Positions 7,674 to 18,242 of a stretch of DNA of 64,000 nt are shown here, one piece after another. The stretch is taken from contig CAXXNH010000064.1 of assembly GCA_963665435.2 (NCBI GenBank), positions 24,699-88,698 on the forward strand, read 5' to 3'. The translations under genes were made by a program, and so were the position numbers. Under the pieces are notes generated by a model. That model worked only from the letters and a program-made list of their open reading frames with translations. It searched no databases and was not told where the DNA came from. This DNA is from an uncultured Pleomorphomonas sp. GTDB taxonomy: Bacteria; Pseudomonadota; Alphaproteobacteria; Rhizobiales; Pleomorphomonadaceae. How positions within the stretch are numbered: the first letter of the stretch is position 1; each line of letters begins with the position of its first letter.

Positions 7674-8201
7674 ATGGCTGCCATAAATTTTCCCTCCGAC
7701 GCCATTCGTCCGTCTGAAAAGCCCGAAGCGGAATGCCCAGGCGACAGCGGCGGCGGGAATCTCGACCTCGAGCTGATCGAGCTTTTGTTCTTTGCCTATC
7801 GCGACTTCGTCGGCGAGGCCGACCACATCCTGGAATCGATCGGCTATGGCCGCGCCCATCACCGCGTGGTCTATTTCGTGATGCGCAACCCCGGCCTGCG
7901 CGTCTCCGACCTCCTGGAGATCCTGCAGATCACCAAACAGAGCCTTGGCCGCGTGCTGAAGCAGCTCGTCGACGACGGCTACATCGAGCAGCGTCCCGGC
8001 CCCGTCGACCGGCGCGAGCGTCTGCTCTATGCCTCCGACAAGGGCGAGCGGCTGGCCAACGACCTCTCCGCCCGCCAGCACGCCCGCATCGTCAGGGCGC
8101 TTGCCACGCTGCCGCAGGAGGCCCGCCCCATCATCCGCGACTTCCTGAGCAACATGATCGATGCCCGCGCGCCCGGTGCGCCGGCCGGACAGGAAGGCTG
8201 A
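7674..8201 (+). CDS. MarR-family regulator (PetP-like)
   Basis: ELLFFAYRDF...GRAHHRV...ITKQSL...DRRERLL. Confidence 0.9.
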   Translation: MAAINFPSDAIRPSEKPEAECPGDSGGGNLDLELIELLFFAYRDFVGEADHILESIGYGRAHHRVVYFVMRNPGLRVSDLLEILQITKQSLGRVLKQLVDDGYIEQRPGPVDRRERLLYASDKGERLANDLSARQHARIVRALATLPQEARPIIRDFLSNMIDARAPGAPAGQEG

Positions 8202-8204
8202 CCG

Positions 8205-8906
8205 ATGGTCTCCATCGCCCCCGCCGATGGCGCCAGCCACGTTCTCGTCGTCGATGACGACAGCCGCATCCGTCAGTTGCTCGCCAAATATCTCGGCAAC
8301 CAGGGCTATCGCGTCACCGCCGCCGCCGACGCCGCCGAGGCCCGGCGCAAGATCTCGGCCATCGAGTTCGACATCCTGGTGGTCGACGTGATGATGCCGG
8401 GCGAGGATGGGCTCAGCCTCACCCAGTCTCTGAGGGCCGAGCAGGACGTCCCGATCCTGCTGCTCACCGCGAAATCCGATGGCGTCGACCGCATTCGCGG
8501 CCTCGAAGCCGGCGCCGACGACTATCTCACCAAACCCTTCGAGCCGCGCGAGCTCCTGTTGCGCCTCAACAACATCCTGAAACGCCGGCCGCTGCCCGAG
8601 GCGCCCTTGACGCGCGAGGAGATCCGCTTCGGCCGGTTCGTCTTCAACGCCAAGCGCGAGGAACTCTGCGACGGCGAGAAGCCGGTGCGTCTCACCGACC
8701 GCGAGCGCCAGCTGCTCGGCCAGTTCGCCGCCAGCCCCGACGGCACGCTGTCGCGCGAAGCGCTGAGCGGCGAGGCCGGAGAGGTGGGCGAACGGACCAT
8801 CGACGTGCAGATCAATCGCCTGCGTCGCAAGATCGAGATCGACCCCGGCAACCCCGTGTTCCTGCAGACCGTGCGCGGCGTCGGCTACCGCCTGCGCTTC
8901 GAGTGA
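8205..8906 (+). CDS. OmpR-family response regulator (PetR/OmpR-like)
   Basis: REC domain (VVDDD, DVMMPG, KPF) plus wHTH (RTIDVQINRLRRKIE, TVRGVGY). Confidence 0.95.
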   Translation: MVSIAPADGASHVLVVDDDSRIRQLLAKYLGNQGYRVTAAADAAEARRKISAIEFDILVVDVMMPGEDGLSLTQSLRAEQDVPILLLTAKSDGVDRIRGLEAGADDYLTKPFEPRELLLRLNNILKRRPLPEAPLTREEIRFGRFVFNAKREELCDGEKPVRLTDRERQLLGQFAASPDGTLSREALSGEAGEVGERTIDVQINRLRRKIEIDPGNPVFLQTVRGVGYRLRFE

Positions 8907-10375
8907 GCGAGATGTCGCAAACGCCAGAACCGGCCGAGCCCCGTGGTCGCGTCGCCGCCGGCCTAGACCGGCTGGACGACGCCATCCGCCACGTCCGCAA
9001 CTTCATCTCCCGCAACAGCCCCACGGTGCTGCGGCGGGCCTGGACCGGCGTCGGCCACGCCATCAACAGGGCGCTGCCCAAGGGCTTGCTCGGCCGGTCG
9101 CTGCTGATCGTCGTCGTGCCCATGCTGATCCTGCTCGCCGTGCTGACCGGCGTGTTCATGGACCGTCACTGGATGCTGGTCACCCAGCGCCTGTCGGACG
9201 CCGTCGCCTCCTCCATCCTCGGCCTCGCCAACATCGCCGACAACACCGCCATCCCCGATGAGGTCAGGATCGACACCGTCGCCACGACCGGGAAAGCCAT
9301 GGGACTGACGGCCGAGGTTCTCCCGCCCAGCGAGATCGGCCGGACCCGCCGGGCCTCGGCCGACATCGTCCACACCATGCTGGCCGAGGCTCTCCAGAGG
9401 CGCCCCATGGCCACGCCTTTCTCGATCCGGGACCTGTCCGACGACAACCGCATCGAGGTGCGGATGATCGTGCATGCCGGCGTATTGCGCGTGGAGTTCC
9501 CGCGCAGCCTCGCCTATGCGGCCAACTGGCACTTCTTCCTGGTGTGGATGGTCAGCACCGCGTTGTTCCTGGTGCTGGTGTCGCTGATCTTCCTGCGCAA
9601 CCAGATCAAGCCGATCGAGCGGCTGGCCGCCGCCGCCGAGGCCTTCGGGCGCGGCCGTCCGGTGGAAGGCTTTGCGCCGACCGGCGCCCGCGAGGTACGG
9701 CAGGCCGCCCACGCCTTCATCGGCATGCGCCGGCGCATCGAGCGCCAGATCGAGCAGCGCACCACCATGCTGGCCGGCGTCGGCCACGACCTCAAGACCA
9801 TCCTCACCCGCTTCCGCCTCGGGCTCGCCCTGCTGCCCGAGGGCGAGGAGACGGCCGACCTCCGCTCCGACGTCGCCGAGATGGAAGCCATGCTGGCAGC
9901 CTACGTCGATTTCGCCAAGGGCGACGCCGACGAAACGCCGCAGCCGCTCGACGTCGAGGAGACGATTTCCGACTGCCTGCGCCAGATGGCCGAACCGGCG
10001 GGGCGAGAGGTCCGCTTCACCTTCAGCGGCGACGGCCTTCTGACGCTGCGCCCCACCGCTTTCCGCCGCCTGATCGCCAACCTCGTCGGCAACGCCGTCC
10101 GCTACGGCCGTTCGGCGGTATGGGCGACCGGCGAGCGGCGCGAGGGCTGGCTGTCGATATCCATCGAGGACGACGGCCCCGGCATCCCCGAGGACGAGAT
10201 GGAGGCGGTGTTCCGCCCCTTCTACCGGCTCGATGCGGCCCGCAACCAGGATGTCCCCGGCACCGGCCTGGGCCTTGCCATCGCCCGCGACGTCGCCCGC
10301 AGCCACGGCGGCGACATCGAGCTCGGCCAGAGCCCGCACGGCGGCCTCAAGGCAACGATCCGCCTGCCGGCATAA
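8903..10375 (+). CDS. EnvZ-like sensor histidine kinase
   Basis: Two TMs, HAMP, H-box GHDLKT, NLVGNA, DDGPGI, GTGLGL; overlaps the regulator stop. Confidence 0.93.
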   Translation: MSEMSQTPEPAEPRGRVAAGLDRLDDAIRHVRNFISRNSPTVLRRAWTGVGHAINRALPKGLLGRSLLIVVVPMLILLAVLTGVFMDRHWMLVTQRLSDAVASSILGLANIADNTAIPDEVRIDTVATTGKAMGLTAEVLPPSEIGRTRRASADIVHTMLAEALQRRPMATPFSIRDLSDDNRIEVRMIVHAGVLRVEFPRSLAYAANWHFFLVWMVSTALFLVLVSLIFLRNQIKPIERLAAAAEAFGRGRPVEGFAPTGAREVRQAAHAFIGMRRRIERQIEQRTTMLAGVGHDLKTILTRFRLGLALLPEGEETADLRSDVAEMEAMLAAYVDFAKGDADETPQPLDVEETISDCLRQMAEPAGREVRFTFSGDGLLTLRPTAFRRLIANLVGNAVRYGRSAVWATGERREGWLSISIEDDGPGIPEDEMEAVFRPFYRLDAARNQDVPGTGLGLAIARDVARSHGGDIELGQSPHGGLKATIRLPA

Positions 10376-10510
10376 CGCCGGTGGCAGGCCGGACACATGA
10401 GCACGGGAAGACGATCCGCCGCTTCCAAAAGTGGATTGCCAAGCGCATGCGCCCCTTATAGTTGATTTAAATCTTATTGTTTTTACCGATTTGAGGCACG
10501 CGAGTTCTTC

Positions 10511-13500
10511 ATGGCTAGACACTCGGCAAGTGTTTTCGCAGCCCGAAACCTCAAGACCGGCGGCTTGGGAAGGATTACGTCCCTCGCCCTGCTGACCACG
10601 GCCATTTCCACGCTGTACGGCGGTGTCGCCAGCGCCGACCCAACAACGTTGATCTGGACAGGCAGCGCCGACACTGACTGGTTCAACTCGACCAACTGGC
10701 AGAACGGTTCCGGCCCGGCCCCATCGACGAGCACCAATGTGCAAGTCGACCAGACCGGCGTCGTGATCGGCGGGTCGGCCGCCGAGGCCGGCAATCTGCT
10801 GCTCGGCATCCACGCGACCGGCAGCATGACCATCCAGAGCACCCTGACGACGACGGGGGCAAGCTTTGGCTGGAACAGCGGTTCGACCGGCACCATTTCC
10901 ATCTCGGGAACCGGCGCCAGCTGGACGAACAGCGGCAACCTTTACCTCGGCAATGCGGGAACGGGCACCCTTTCGATCGGCGACCTAGCGTCTGTGCATG
11001 CCGGCACCACCTATCTCGGCGCCGGCTACGGCAGCCTTGGGCGTCTCGATCTCGCAGGGGGCGGCACCTTCACGTCGACAGGAGACCTCTACGTCGGCTT
11101 TGCCGGCGTCGGCGGAAGCTCCGAACCCGCCGCCGAAGGCATCTTGAACGTCACCTCCGGCACAGTTCAAAACGTCAACGGCGCCATCGCCGACGGCACT
11201 GGCTCGACGGGAACCGCGACGATCACCGGCGCGTCGTCCGCCTGGACAAACACCGGGCGGCTGACCGTCGGCGGTGGCGGCGTCGGTACGCTCACGGTCT
11301 CGGCCGGTGGTGACGTCACCAGCGTCGACGCCACCATCGGTCATTCTACCGGAGCCACCGGCAGTTCGGCGACCGTGACGGGTACCGGATCGACATGGAC
11401 CGCCAGCGGCACGCTCTTCGTCGGCAATGGTGGCAACTCGGAGCTCAAGGTTCTCTCCGGCGGCGCCGTGACCAGCACGGCGGCCGTCATCGGCCGCCAC
11501 TCCACCAGCAAGGCGACGGTCAGCGGCGCCGGCTCTTCGTGGAACACAGGCGCGCTCTCCGTCGGCGGCGACACCAACGATGTGCCAGGGAATCCGGGCA
11601 ATGGTACTCTCGCCGTTTCGTCCGGAGCTTCCGTGACCAGCGCGGGCGCCCAACTCGGCCTCAACTCCGGCAACACCGGCACGGCCACGGTCAGCGGCGC
11701 CGGCTCGGTGTGGAATACCGGCGGCTCGGGTACCGTGCTGTCGGTCGGCTTCAGCGGAACAGGCACTCTCACGGTCTCGGACAGTGCGAGGCTGGAAACG
11801 GCCTGGATGATAATCGGCCATAATGCCACCTCGTCCGGCGAAGTAACCGTTTCCAGCGGCGCCAGCCTGAAAGACGCCGGTTCGCTCTACGTCGGCAATG
11901 ACGGCGACGGCACTCTGACCGTTTCGGATAGCGGCAGCGTGACCAGCGGTCAGGGCTACGTGGGCACGGGAAACGGTTCGCACGGAACGGCCACCGTTAC
12001 CGGACGCGGCTCATCCTGGACCATGACCGATGCCTTGATTGTCGGCCAGAGTACCGGATCGACGGGCACCATGACGATTTCCGATGGGGCTACGGTTACC
12101 GACTATCAGGGCATCGTCGGCGACATCGGCAATTCGGTGGGAGAGATGACGGTCACCGGCGCCGGGTCGACCTGGACCAGCCTCGTGGTCGCAGGCGTGG
12201 ACTTCTCCGGCGACATCAACGCCGGGCGGACGAACGATGCCAAGGGCACCATCACAGTGTCCAACGGCGGTACCGTTATCGGCAACCGCTTCTATGCCGG
12301 CAATGAAGACAGCTCGGAAGGCACGGTCATCGTCACCGGCGCCGGCTCATCCTTCACCGTTACCGATCGGTTCGTCGTCGGTTCGGAGGGAACGGGTACC
12401 GTGACCGTCTCCGACGGCGGCAAGATCAAGGCCGGAACCATCAAGATCGCCTCGCGCTTGGGGTCCAACGGTACGCTGAACATCGGCGCCGCGGCAGGAG
12501 ACCCCGCTGCCGCCGCCGGGACGCTCGACACCAGCACCATCGTGTTCGGTGATGGTGATGGCCTTCTGGAGTTCAACTTCACCGATCCCAGCTATGTCGT
12601 CTCGGCAGCCATCAGCGGCGGCGGTCAGGTTCAGCTCGACGCTGGAAACCTGACGCTGTCGGGCGTGAACACCTACACGCGCGGCACCACCGTCAATGGC
12701 GGCACGCTCAACGTGACCGGATCGTTGTCCCGTTCCTTCACCGAAGTCACGATGTCAGGTGGACGGCTGATCAACAGCGGCACGATCGAAGGCAACGCCT
12801 ACGGCATCCGGCTGGCGACCTCGGGCAACGTCGTCACCACCTCCGGCACCATCTCGGGCGGAACGGCTTCGGTGTATTTCGACGCCGGCAACAACACGCT
12901 GAACATCTCGCCGACGGCGCGCTTCAACGGCGTCGTCGACTATGCCAACACCCAGAACAACACGACCGGCTTCGGCGCCGGCAGCTATCGCATCCATGCG
13001 GCCAGTTATGATGACACGCAAAACGTCATCGTGCTGAACAACTCCAGCCAGACCGTCATCCTCGACAACGCCAGCTCGGCATCGGGCTACATCAACGTCG
13101 TGTCCGTTCCCGCCGCAAGCCGGGAAGCGAGCCAGTACACGTCCTCGGTCTCGGACGTCATCGGCAGCATCCTGTCGCTCGACGTCGCGCGGCCCGACCA
13201 GGTCAGCGTGGGCGGAACGACCATCTCCGCCCTGCAATACGGCGAGGAAAAGCGTGAAACCCAGGAAGGCAAGGCGCTGCGCATGCTCGGCGACAATGCC
13301 GCCGTGGATGCCTACGGCAACCTGTTCTGGACCCGTGTCTTCGGCGGCCTGCGCTACCAGCCGTCGAGCGACGGCGACTTCTCCAGCCACACCTCGCACG
13401 CCGGCGTGCTCTCCGGCGTCGATCACCTGTTCGAAAACTATCGCCTGGGCTTCTTCGCTGGCGCCGGCACCGTACGCACCGTTGCCGGCGACAGCGCTTC

Positions 13501-14137
13501 GATGACACGGGGCAACACCGGCTTCCTCGGCCTCTATGGCGCCGTCGAGCTTGGCGGCCTCCAGTGGAACGCTTCGGTCACCGGCGGCGGCATCGAGAAC
13601 ACGGCCGCCCGAAGCGTCAACAGTGGCGCGGAGACGGCATCCGGCGACTTCACGGGGTGGTATGTCTCGCCGGAAGTGGCGGTGAGCCGCGCCTATCAGC
13701 TCGCGCCGGGCTGGGAGATGACGCCCAGCTTCAAGACCCGATACACCGGCGCCTTCTACGAGGGCTATGACGAGAACGGCTCGTCTCAGAACCTCAGCTA
13801 CGGGGCGCGCCAATCGCATTCCATAGACGGTCGCCTGCAGGTCGAACTCAAGCACAAGACGACCATGCCCTCCGGCCTGCCGGCGTCGATAACCGCGACG
13901 GCCTCGGTCAGCGACACCCAGTATCTGGGATCGGAAACGCTTCGCGCCAGCCTCGAGGGCAACGAGTTCTCCGTCTCCAGCTCCGGTGACAAGAACGTGC
14001 TCGGCGCAACCCTCGGCATCGGCTTCGACGCCATGATCTCGGACCGGACGGCCATCTACGGCGGCGTCGACGGATCCCTGTACAGCGATGAGTCGGTGGC
14101 GGCGTCCGGAAGACTGGGATTGAAGGTGGCGTTCTAG
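10511..14137 (+). CDS. Type V autotransporter with G/T/S-rich beta-strand (T5SS/PEP-CTERM-associated) repeats
   Basis: Signal peptide; repeats TVSGAGSxW...LxVG..GxGTLTVSxGGxV; LTLSGVNTYTRGTTVNGGTL passenger motif; C-terminal barrel ending GRLGLKVAF. Confidence 0.92.
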   Translation: MARHSASVFAARNLKTGGLGRITSLALLTTAISTLYGGVASADPTTLIWTGSADTDWFNSTNWQNGSGPAPSTSTNVQVDQTGVVIGGSAAEAGNLLLGIHATGSMTIQSTLTTTGASFGWNSGSTGTISISGTGASWTNSGNLYLGNAGTGTLSIGDLASVHAGTTYLGAGYGSLGRLDLAGGGTFTSTGDLYVGFAGVGGSSEPAAEGILNVTSGTVQNVNGAIADGTGSTGTATITGASSAWTNTGRLTVGGGGVGTLTVSAGGDVTSVDATIGHSTGATGSSATVTGTGSTWTASGTLFVGNGGNSELKVLSGGAVTSTAAVIGRHSTSKATVSGAGSSWNTGALSVGGDTNDVPGNPGNGTLAVSSGASVTSAGAQLGLNSGNTGTATVSGAGSVWNTGGSGTVLSVGFSGTGTLTVSDSARLETAWMIIGHNATSSGEVTVSSGASLKDAGSLYVGNDGDGTLTVSDSGSVTSGQGYVGTGNGSHGTATVTGRGSSWTMTDALIVGQSTGSTGTMTISDGATVTDYQGIVGDIGNSVGEMTVTGAGSTWTSLVVAGVDFSGDINAGRTNDAKGTITVSNGGTVIGNRFYAGNEDSSEGTVIVTGAGSSFTVTDRFVVGSEGTGTVTVSDGGKIKAGTIKIASRLGSNGTLNIGAAAGDPAAAAGTLDTSTIVFGDGDGLLEFNFTDPSYVVSAAISGGGQVQLDAGNLTLSGVNTYTRGTTVNGGTLNVTGSLSRSFTEVTMSGGRLINSGTIEGNAYGIRLATSGNVVTTSGTISGGTASVYFDAGNNTLNISPTARFNGVVDYANTQNNTTGFGAGSYRIHAASYDDTQNVIVLNNSSQTVILDNASSASGYINVVSVPAASREASQYTSSVSDVIGSILSLDVARPDQVSVGGTTISALQYGEEKRETQEGKALRMLGDNAAVDAYGNLFWTRVFGGLRYQPSSDGDFSSHTSHAGVLSGVDHLFENYRLGFFAGAGTVRTVAGDSASMTRGNTGFLGLYGAVELGGLQWNASVTGGGIENTAARSVNSGAETASGDFTGWYVSPEVAVSRAYQLAPGWEMTPSFKTRYTGAFYEGYDENGSSQNLSYGARQSHSIDGRLQVELKHKTTMPSGLPASITATASVSDTQYLGSETLRASLEGNEFSVSSSGDKNVLGATLGIGFDAMISDRTAIYGGVDGSLYSDESVAASGRLGLKVAF

Positions 14138-14245
14138 AGCCTTCACCTTCCAAATTGAAACGTCCGGCCGTCAAGGGAAGACTCCAGGCTTGTTTGCCGG
14201 AACAGTCGCCTTTCGATCTGGTTGAGAAATCCGGAAAATCGCGTC

Positions 14246-14869
14246 TCAGGACGCGGCTGAGGCGTCGCGGAGGGGATATATCCTGAGGAATGCCTCGAGC
14301 GACGAGGCGACCGACGCAGCGATTTGCTCGTCGTCGGGCAGGTCGATCACGCCGAACAGGCGCGCTTCCAGGAACTCGGCCTCGAGCAGCACCAGCAAGC
14401 GGCGGGCACCGAGATGGAGATGGTCCATGACGATCCGTCCCGCCTGCCGATGGGCGGCAAAGAAGCGCTCCAGATCGGCCTGAGCCCGCGCCGGGCCATT
14501 GCGGAAAAACGTGGCGGCAAGCCGCGTCGTCTGCCCCTCTATGGCCACCATCGACCTGAGCGCAAGCACGTCGCTTCTGAGGACGGAACTCAGATAGGCC
14601 CTCCCGAAGACGGTGAGGTTGCCGGCGATATCCTTCTCGGCCGGATCGAGAAGGGAGAAGGCCTCCAGGATCGCCCCGGAGATGAAGGCTTCCGTGACCG
14701 CGACGAACAGCTCCTCCTTGGAGCGAAAATAGCTGTAGATGGTCGCCTTCGAGCCGCCGAACCGGCTGGCGATATCTTCGATGGTGGTGTTTCGGAAACC
14801 CGCTTCGGCGAAGGCCTGATGCGCCGCCCCCAGGATGGCCAACCGGCGTTCGTCCGTTCTCCTGCGCAT
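14246..14869 (-). CDS. TetR/AcrR-family regulator
   Basis: GFRNTTIEDIASRFGGSKATIYSYFRSKEELF. Confidence 0.93.
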   Translation of the reverse strand: MRRRTDERRLAILGAAHQAFAEAGFRNTTIEDIASRFGGSKATIYSYFRSKEELFVAVTEAFISGAILEAFSLLDPAEKDIAGNLTVFGRAYLSSVLRSDVLALRSMVAIEGQTTRLAATFFRNGPARAQADLERFFAAHRQAGRIVMDHLHLGARRLLVLLEAEFLEARLFGVIDLPDDEQIAASVASSLEAFLRIYPLRDASAAS

Positions 14870-14935
14870 TCGCTCCTCGTGCCCTGATGATGCCCGCCAT
14901 CCTAGTCGAGGGACCTACGCTGTCAACCTAATACA

Positions 14936-14954
14936 AAACTGGTCCGACTAGTTT
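14936..14954. promoter_or_regulatory. Putative TetR operator
   Basis: Imperfect inverted repeat AAACTGGT-CCG-ACTAGTTT in the divergent intergenic region. Confidence 0.6.
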
Positions 14955-15025
14955 AGTTATAAAGAGGCGACGGCGGGATCGCTTCCGACCCCGCGGCTCA
15001 GGCTCTCGAACAGGATAGGTGGAAC

Positions 15026-15961
15026 ATGCGCTACGTTGTCATGGGGACGGACGGCCAGCTCGGCGGCCGGGTCGCCGAGAACATGCTTGAGACGGTCGAC
15101 GGCAAGGATCTGGTGTTCACCAGTCCCGATCCCTCGCGCATCGACGCCGACAAGCTCGATCGGTGGAAATCCAAGGGCGTCACCATCGCCCAGGCCAGCT
15201 ACGACGACCGCAAGGCGATGGCCGACATCTTCCGCACCGCCAATCGCGTCTGGATGATTTCCGGCGTCTACATCGGCCTGCCACGCCAGCTGCAGCACCG
15301 TAACGTCATCGACGCCGCCGTCGACGCCGGCATCGAGCATTTCACCTACACGTCGTTTCTCGGCGCCAACCGGCAGGGCTACGGACAGTATGTTCTGCCA
15401 GACCACACCTTCACCGAGGCCTATCTGCGCAACTCCGGCCTCGCCTTCAACATCATGCGCAACAATCTCTATCTTGAGAATTACTTCGTGAACGCGGTGA
15501 TGCTGGCCCTCGCCTGCGGAAATCGCTGGGTCACCACTGCCGGCGAGGGTATCGGTACCTTCGTCGCCAAGGACGACACCGGCCGCGTCGGCGCCGCCCT
15601 GCTCCAGGGAAAGGGAGAGGCCAACGCCGACTACGATATCTGCGGTCGGCCCATCAGCCAGCGGCAGATCTGCGAAATGATCGTCGCGGCCTCCGGCATT
15701 CCGTTCAGCTACGAGCCGGTCGATGACGAAGCCTTCTACGCCTATCTCGACGGCCTCGGCATTCCCCGCTCGAGCGAGGACGATGGCTCGAAGTCGCCGG
15801 TTCCCTGGTGCAGCAACGACATGGTCAGCAACGAGGCGGCCATCGGTCTCGGCCAGATGAACATCCAGAGCGATGCCATCGAACGTCTGACCGGTCGCAA
15901 GCCCACCGACCCCGCCGATCTCGTCGAGACATACGCATCTGTCTGGCGCAAGACGTCATAG
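15026..15961 (+). CDS. NmrA-like / atypical SDR NAD(P)H-binding oxidoreductase
   Basis: GTDGQLG Rossmann motif; QHRNVIDAA..AG...YTSFLGA; HTFTE..L..SG. Confidence 0.88.
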   Translation: MRYVVMGTDGQLGGRVAENMLETVDGKDLVFTSPDPSRIDADKLDRWKSKGVTIAQASYDDRKAMADIFRTANRVWMISGVYIGLPRQLQHRNVIDAAVDAGIEHFTYTSFLGANRQGYGQYVLPDHTFTEAYLRNSGLAFNIMRNNLYLENYFVNAVMLALACGNRWVTTAGEGIGTFVAKDDTGRVGAALLQGKGEANADYDICGRPISQRQICEMIVAASGIPFSYEPVDDEAFYAYLDGLGIPRSSEDDGSKSPVPWCSNDMVSNEAAIGLGQMNIQSDAIERLTGRKPTDPADLVETYASVWRKTS

Positions 15962-16194
15962 GACGCCGCACGGCGCCCACTGATCTGAATGAAACGCCCG
16001 GTCGACAAGCACGCCTTCCGGGCGTCCCCGCTTCCGGCTCGATCGGCGGGAGGCTCTGAGATGGCGGGGGCCTGGCGTGGCCCATGACCGCCGCGGCGCA
16101 GGATCGATCCCTCCGCAGGTCCTGCGCCGCTTCTCCACCCGTCCGATCGCCGCCCATCGCGACGGGATCCCCTGGCACGACGAGGCACAGCACG

Positions 16195-17430
16195 ATGCAG
16201 ACCGAGGACATTCATCCCACCGTTGGGGGCACGCGAGCGATCAGCGTGACACATCTGGCGTTCATCCTCGCCGGGTTGACCTCCTTTGCCCCCTTCGCCA
16301 TCGACATGTATCTGGCGAGCTTTCCAGACCTGGCGCGCACGTTCAGTACTGATCTCGGATCAGTCCAGCTCAGCCTGTCGATGTTTTCCCTGGGGCTGGC
16401 GGTCGGCCAGATATTCTACGGCCCGCTGATCGATCGCTTCGGGCGCAAGCTGCCCATGCTGGTCGGCGTCGGGGTGTTCACGGTCACCTCGCTGTTGATC
16501 GTCATAGCGCCGACGATCGAGTTTTTCGTCGGACTGCGCTTCCTTCAGGCGATCGGCGGCTGCGCCGGCATGATCATCAGCCGCGCCATCATTGCCGACC
16601 TGTTCAAAGCCCACGAGGCAGCCAAGGTGCTGTCGCTGATGATGCTGGTGCAGGGCCTGGCGCCCATTCTGGCGCCGATCATCGGCGGATACGTGCTGGT
16701 CGCCGCCGGCTGGCAGGCGATCTTCGTCTTTCTCGCCCTTCTCGGCACTGGCTGTCTCGCCGCCGTCTGGTGGGGCTTGCCGGAAACGCTGGCTGTCGAT
16801 CAGCGACGCCGGGAAAATCCCCTCCGCGTCCTGCGCACCTGGGGGGATCTGCTGGCAACGAGGACGTTCGTCGTCCCGGCCATCGCCGGTGCGCTTGCCT
16901 TCGGCAGCAGCTTCGCCTTCATCAGCGGCTCGTCCTTCATCTACATGGACCTGCATGGTGTCGGCGAAAGCGCTTATGGCTGGCTGTTCGGCCTCAACGC
17001 CGTTGGCATGATCATCGCCGTCCAGATCAATCGCTGGCTGCTCGGCCGCCTGTCGGCCACCACGATTCTGAACGGCGTGTTCCTGCTGTTCGTCGTGCTG
17101 GCCGGCCTTCTGATGGCGACGGCGGACAGTCTGCCGCTGTTCGCGCTGGTCGCCATGCTGTTCGTCTGTCTCGGATGCGTCCCCGTCATCGGCGCCAACA
17201 CCGTGGCCATCGCCATGGAGGCGACCGGAATGCACCGAGGCAGCGGCTCGGCCATTCTCGGCATCACGCAATTCGCCATCGCCAGCCTGACCAGCGCCGG
17301 TGTCGGCTTCCTGCACAACGGAACAGCCCTGCCGATGACCGGGATCATCTTCCTCTGCGCCCTCGCCACCGCCCTCGTATGGTTCGTCGGTGGACGGCGA
17401 CGGGAAGTCCCCCCCCGACCCGCTAGCTGA
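16195..17430 (+). CDS. Bcr/CflA-family MFS drug efflux transporter
   Basis: PFAIDMYLASFP, GPLIDRFGRK, RFLQAIGG, LPETL; multiple TMs; start approximate. Confidence 0.92.
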   Translation: MQTEDIHPTVGGTRAISVTHLAFILAGLTSFAPFAIDMYLASFPDLARTFSTDLGSVQLSLSMFSLGLAVGQIFYGPLIDRFGRKLPMLVGVGVFTVTSLLIVIAPTIEFFVGLRFLQAIGGCAGMIISRAIIADLFKAHEAAKVLSLMMLVQGLAPILAPIIGGYVLVAAGWQAIFVFLALLGTGCLAAVWWGLPETLAVDQRRRENPLRVLRTWGDLLATRTFVVPAIAGALAFGSSFAFISGSSFIYMDLHGVGESAYGWLFGLNAVGMIIAVQINRWLLGRLSATTILNGVFLLFVVLAGLLMATADSLPLFALVAMLFVCLGCVPVIGANTVAIAMEATGMHRGSGSAILGITQFAIASLTSAGVGFLHNGTALPMTGIIFLCALATALVWFVGGRRREVPPRPAS

Positions 17431-17445
17431 GTGACCCGGAAGGCC

Positions 17446-18078
17446 TCACTTCAGGAAGATCGCCTTGGCCGCCGACTTGACGATCCTCGCCAGTTCGACC
17501 GGGTCGGTTGAGATCATCCGCCGGTGGTGTGGTGCGGCCATGGCGAGCGTGATGGAGCTCATCAGCAGCGAGAAGAAGACGCCGGGCGCCACGTCGGCGA
17601 TCACCTTCTGCCGGACGCCCTCTTCGATCATCGGCATGGCATCCTGACCGAACGGCCCGACCAGCCGGTCGATCAGCATGTCCATGCGCTCGCCCGGCGT
17701 CGACGCCTCCTGGAGCAACAGGCCCGGGAAAACCGGCAGATCGATGCTGACGTCGACGATAAGGTCGATGAACAGTTCGAGACGCCGCCGTACCGGCATG
17801 TCCGGACTGACCTTGGCTTCATTCAGGACGACGTTGCGCCCCTCGTGGGCCGCCGCGAGATCGATCATCGCCGACCAGAGGCCGGCCTTGGAGCCGAACA
17901 GCCGATTGACCAGAGCCATGTCGACACCGGCCTCGTCGGCCACCGCCCTCAGCGACGTGCCGTCGTAGCCCTTGCGGGAAAACTGGTTCATCGCGGCCCG
18001 CAGCAGCGCCGTCCGTCCCGACTCGGCCGTCTTGGGCCGCCGGCCGGTCCGCCGCTTCTTCTCACTCGCGTCCTCCAT
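17446..18078 (-). CDS. TetR/AcrR-family regulator
   Basis: GYDGTSLRAVADEAGVDMALVNRLFGSKAGLW. Confidence 0.92.
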   Translation of the reverse strand: MEDASEKKRRTGRRPKTAESGRTALLRAAMNQFSRKGYDGTSLRAVADEAGVDMALVNRLFGSKAGLWSAMIDLAAAHEGRNVVLNEAKVSPDMPVRRRLELFIDLIVDVSIDLPVFPGLLLQEASTPGERMDMLIDRLVGPFGQDAMPMIEEGVRQKVIADVAPGVFFSLLMSSITLAMAAPHHRRMISTDPVELARIVKSAAKAIFLK

Positions 18079-18147
18079 GCCTGTCCTCCAGCGCCGCTCG
18101 CAAAGCTACCTATCACTTCACCGTTGACGGCGAAATCAGGCACATCT

Positions 18148-18173
18148 ATTAAGTCATCAATCGATGACTTAAT
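18148..18173. promoter_or_regulatory. Perfect inverted repeat, putative TetR operator overlapping a promoter
   Basis: ATTAAGTCATC-AATC-GATGACTTAAT; TTGACG at 18124-18129. Confidence 0.75.
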
Positions 18174-18242
18174 TGTCGAGCGACAGGTCTTGATGGCGGG
18201 CTTGGGAAGAGGCCGAACGCCGCAGCCTGCGAGGGGGGACCT

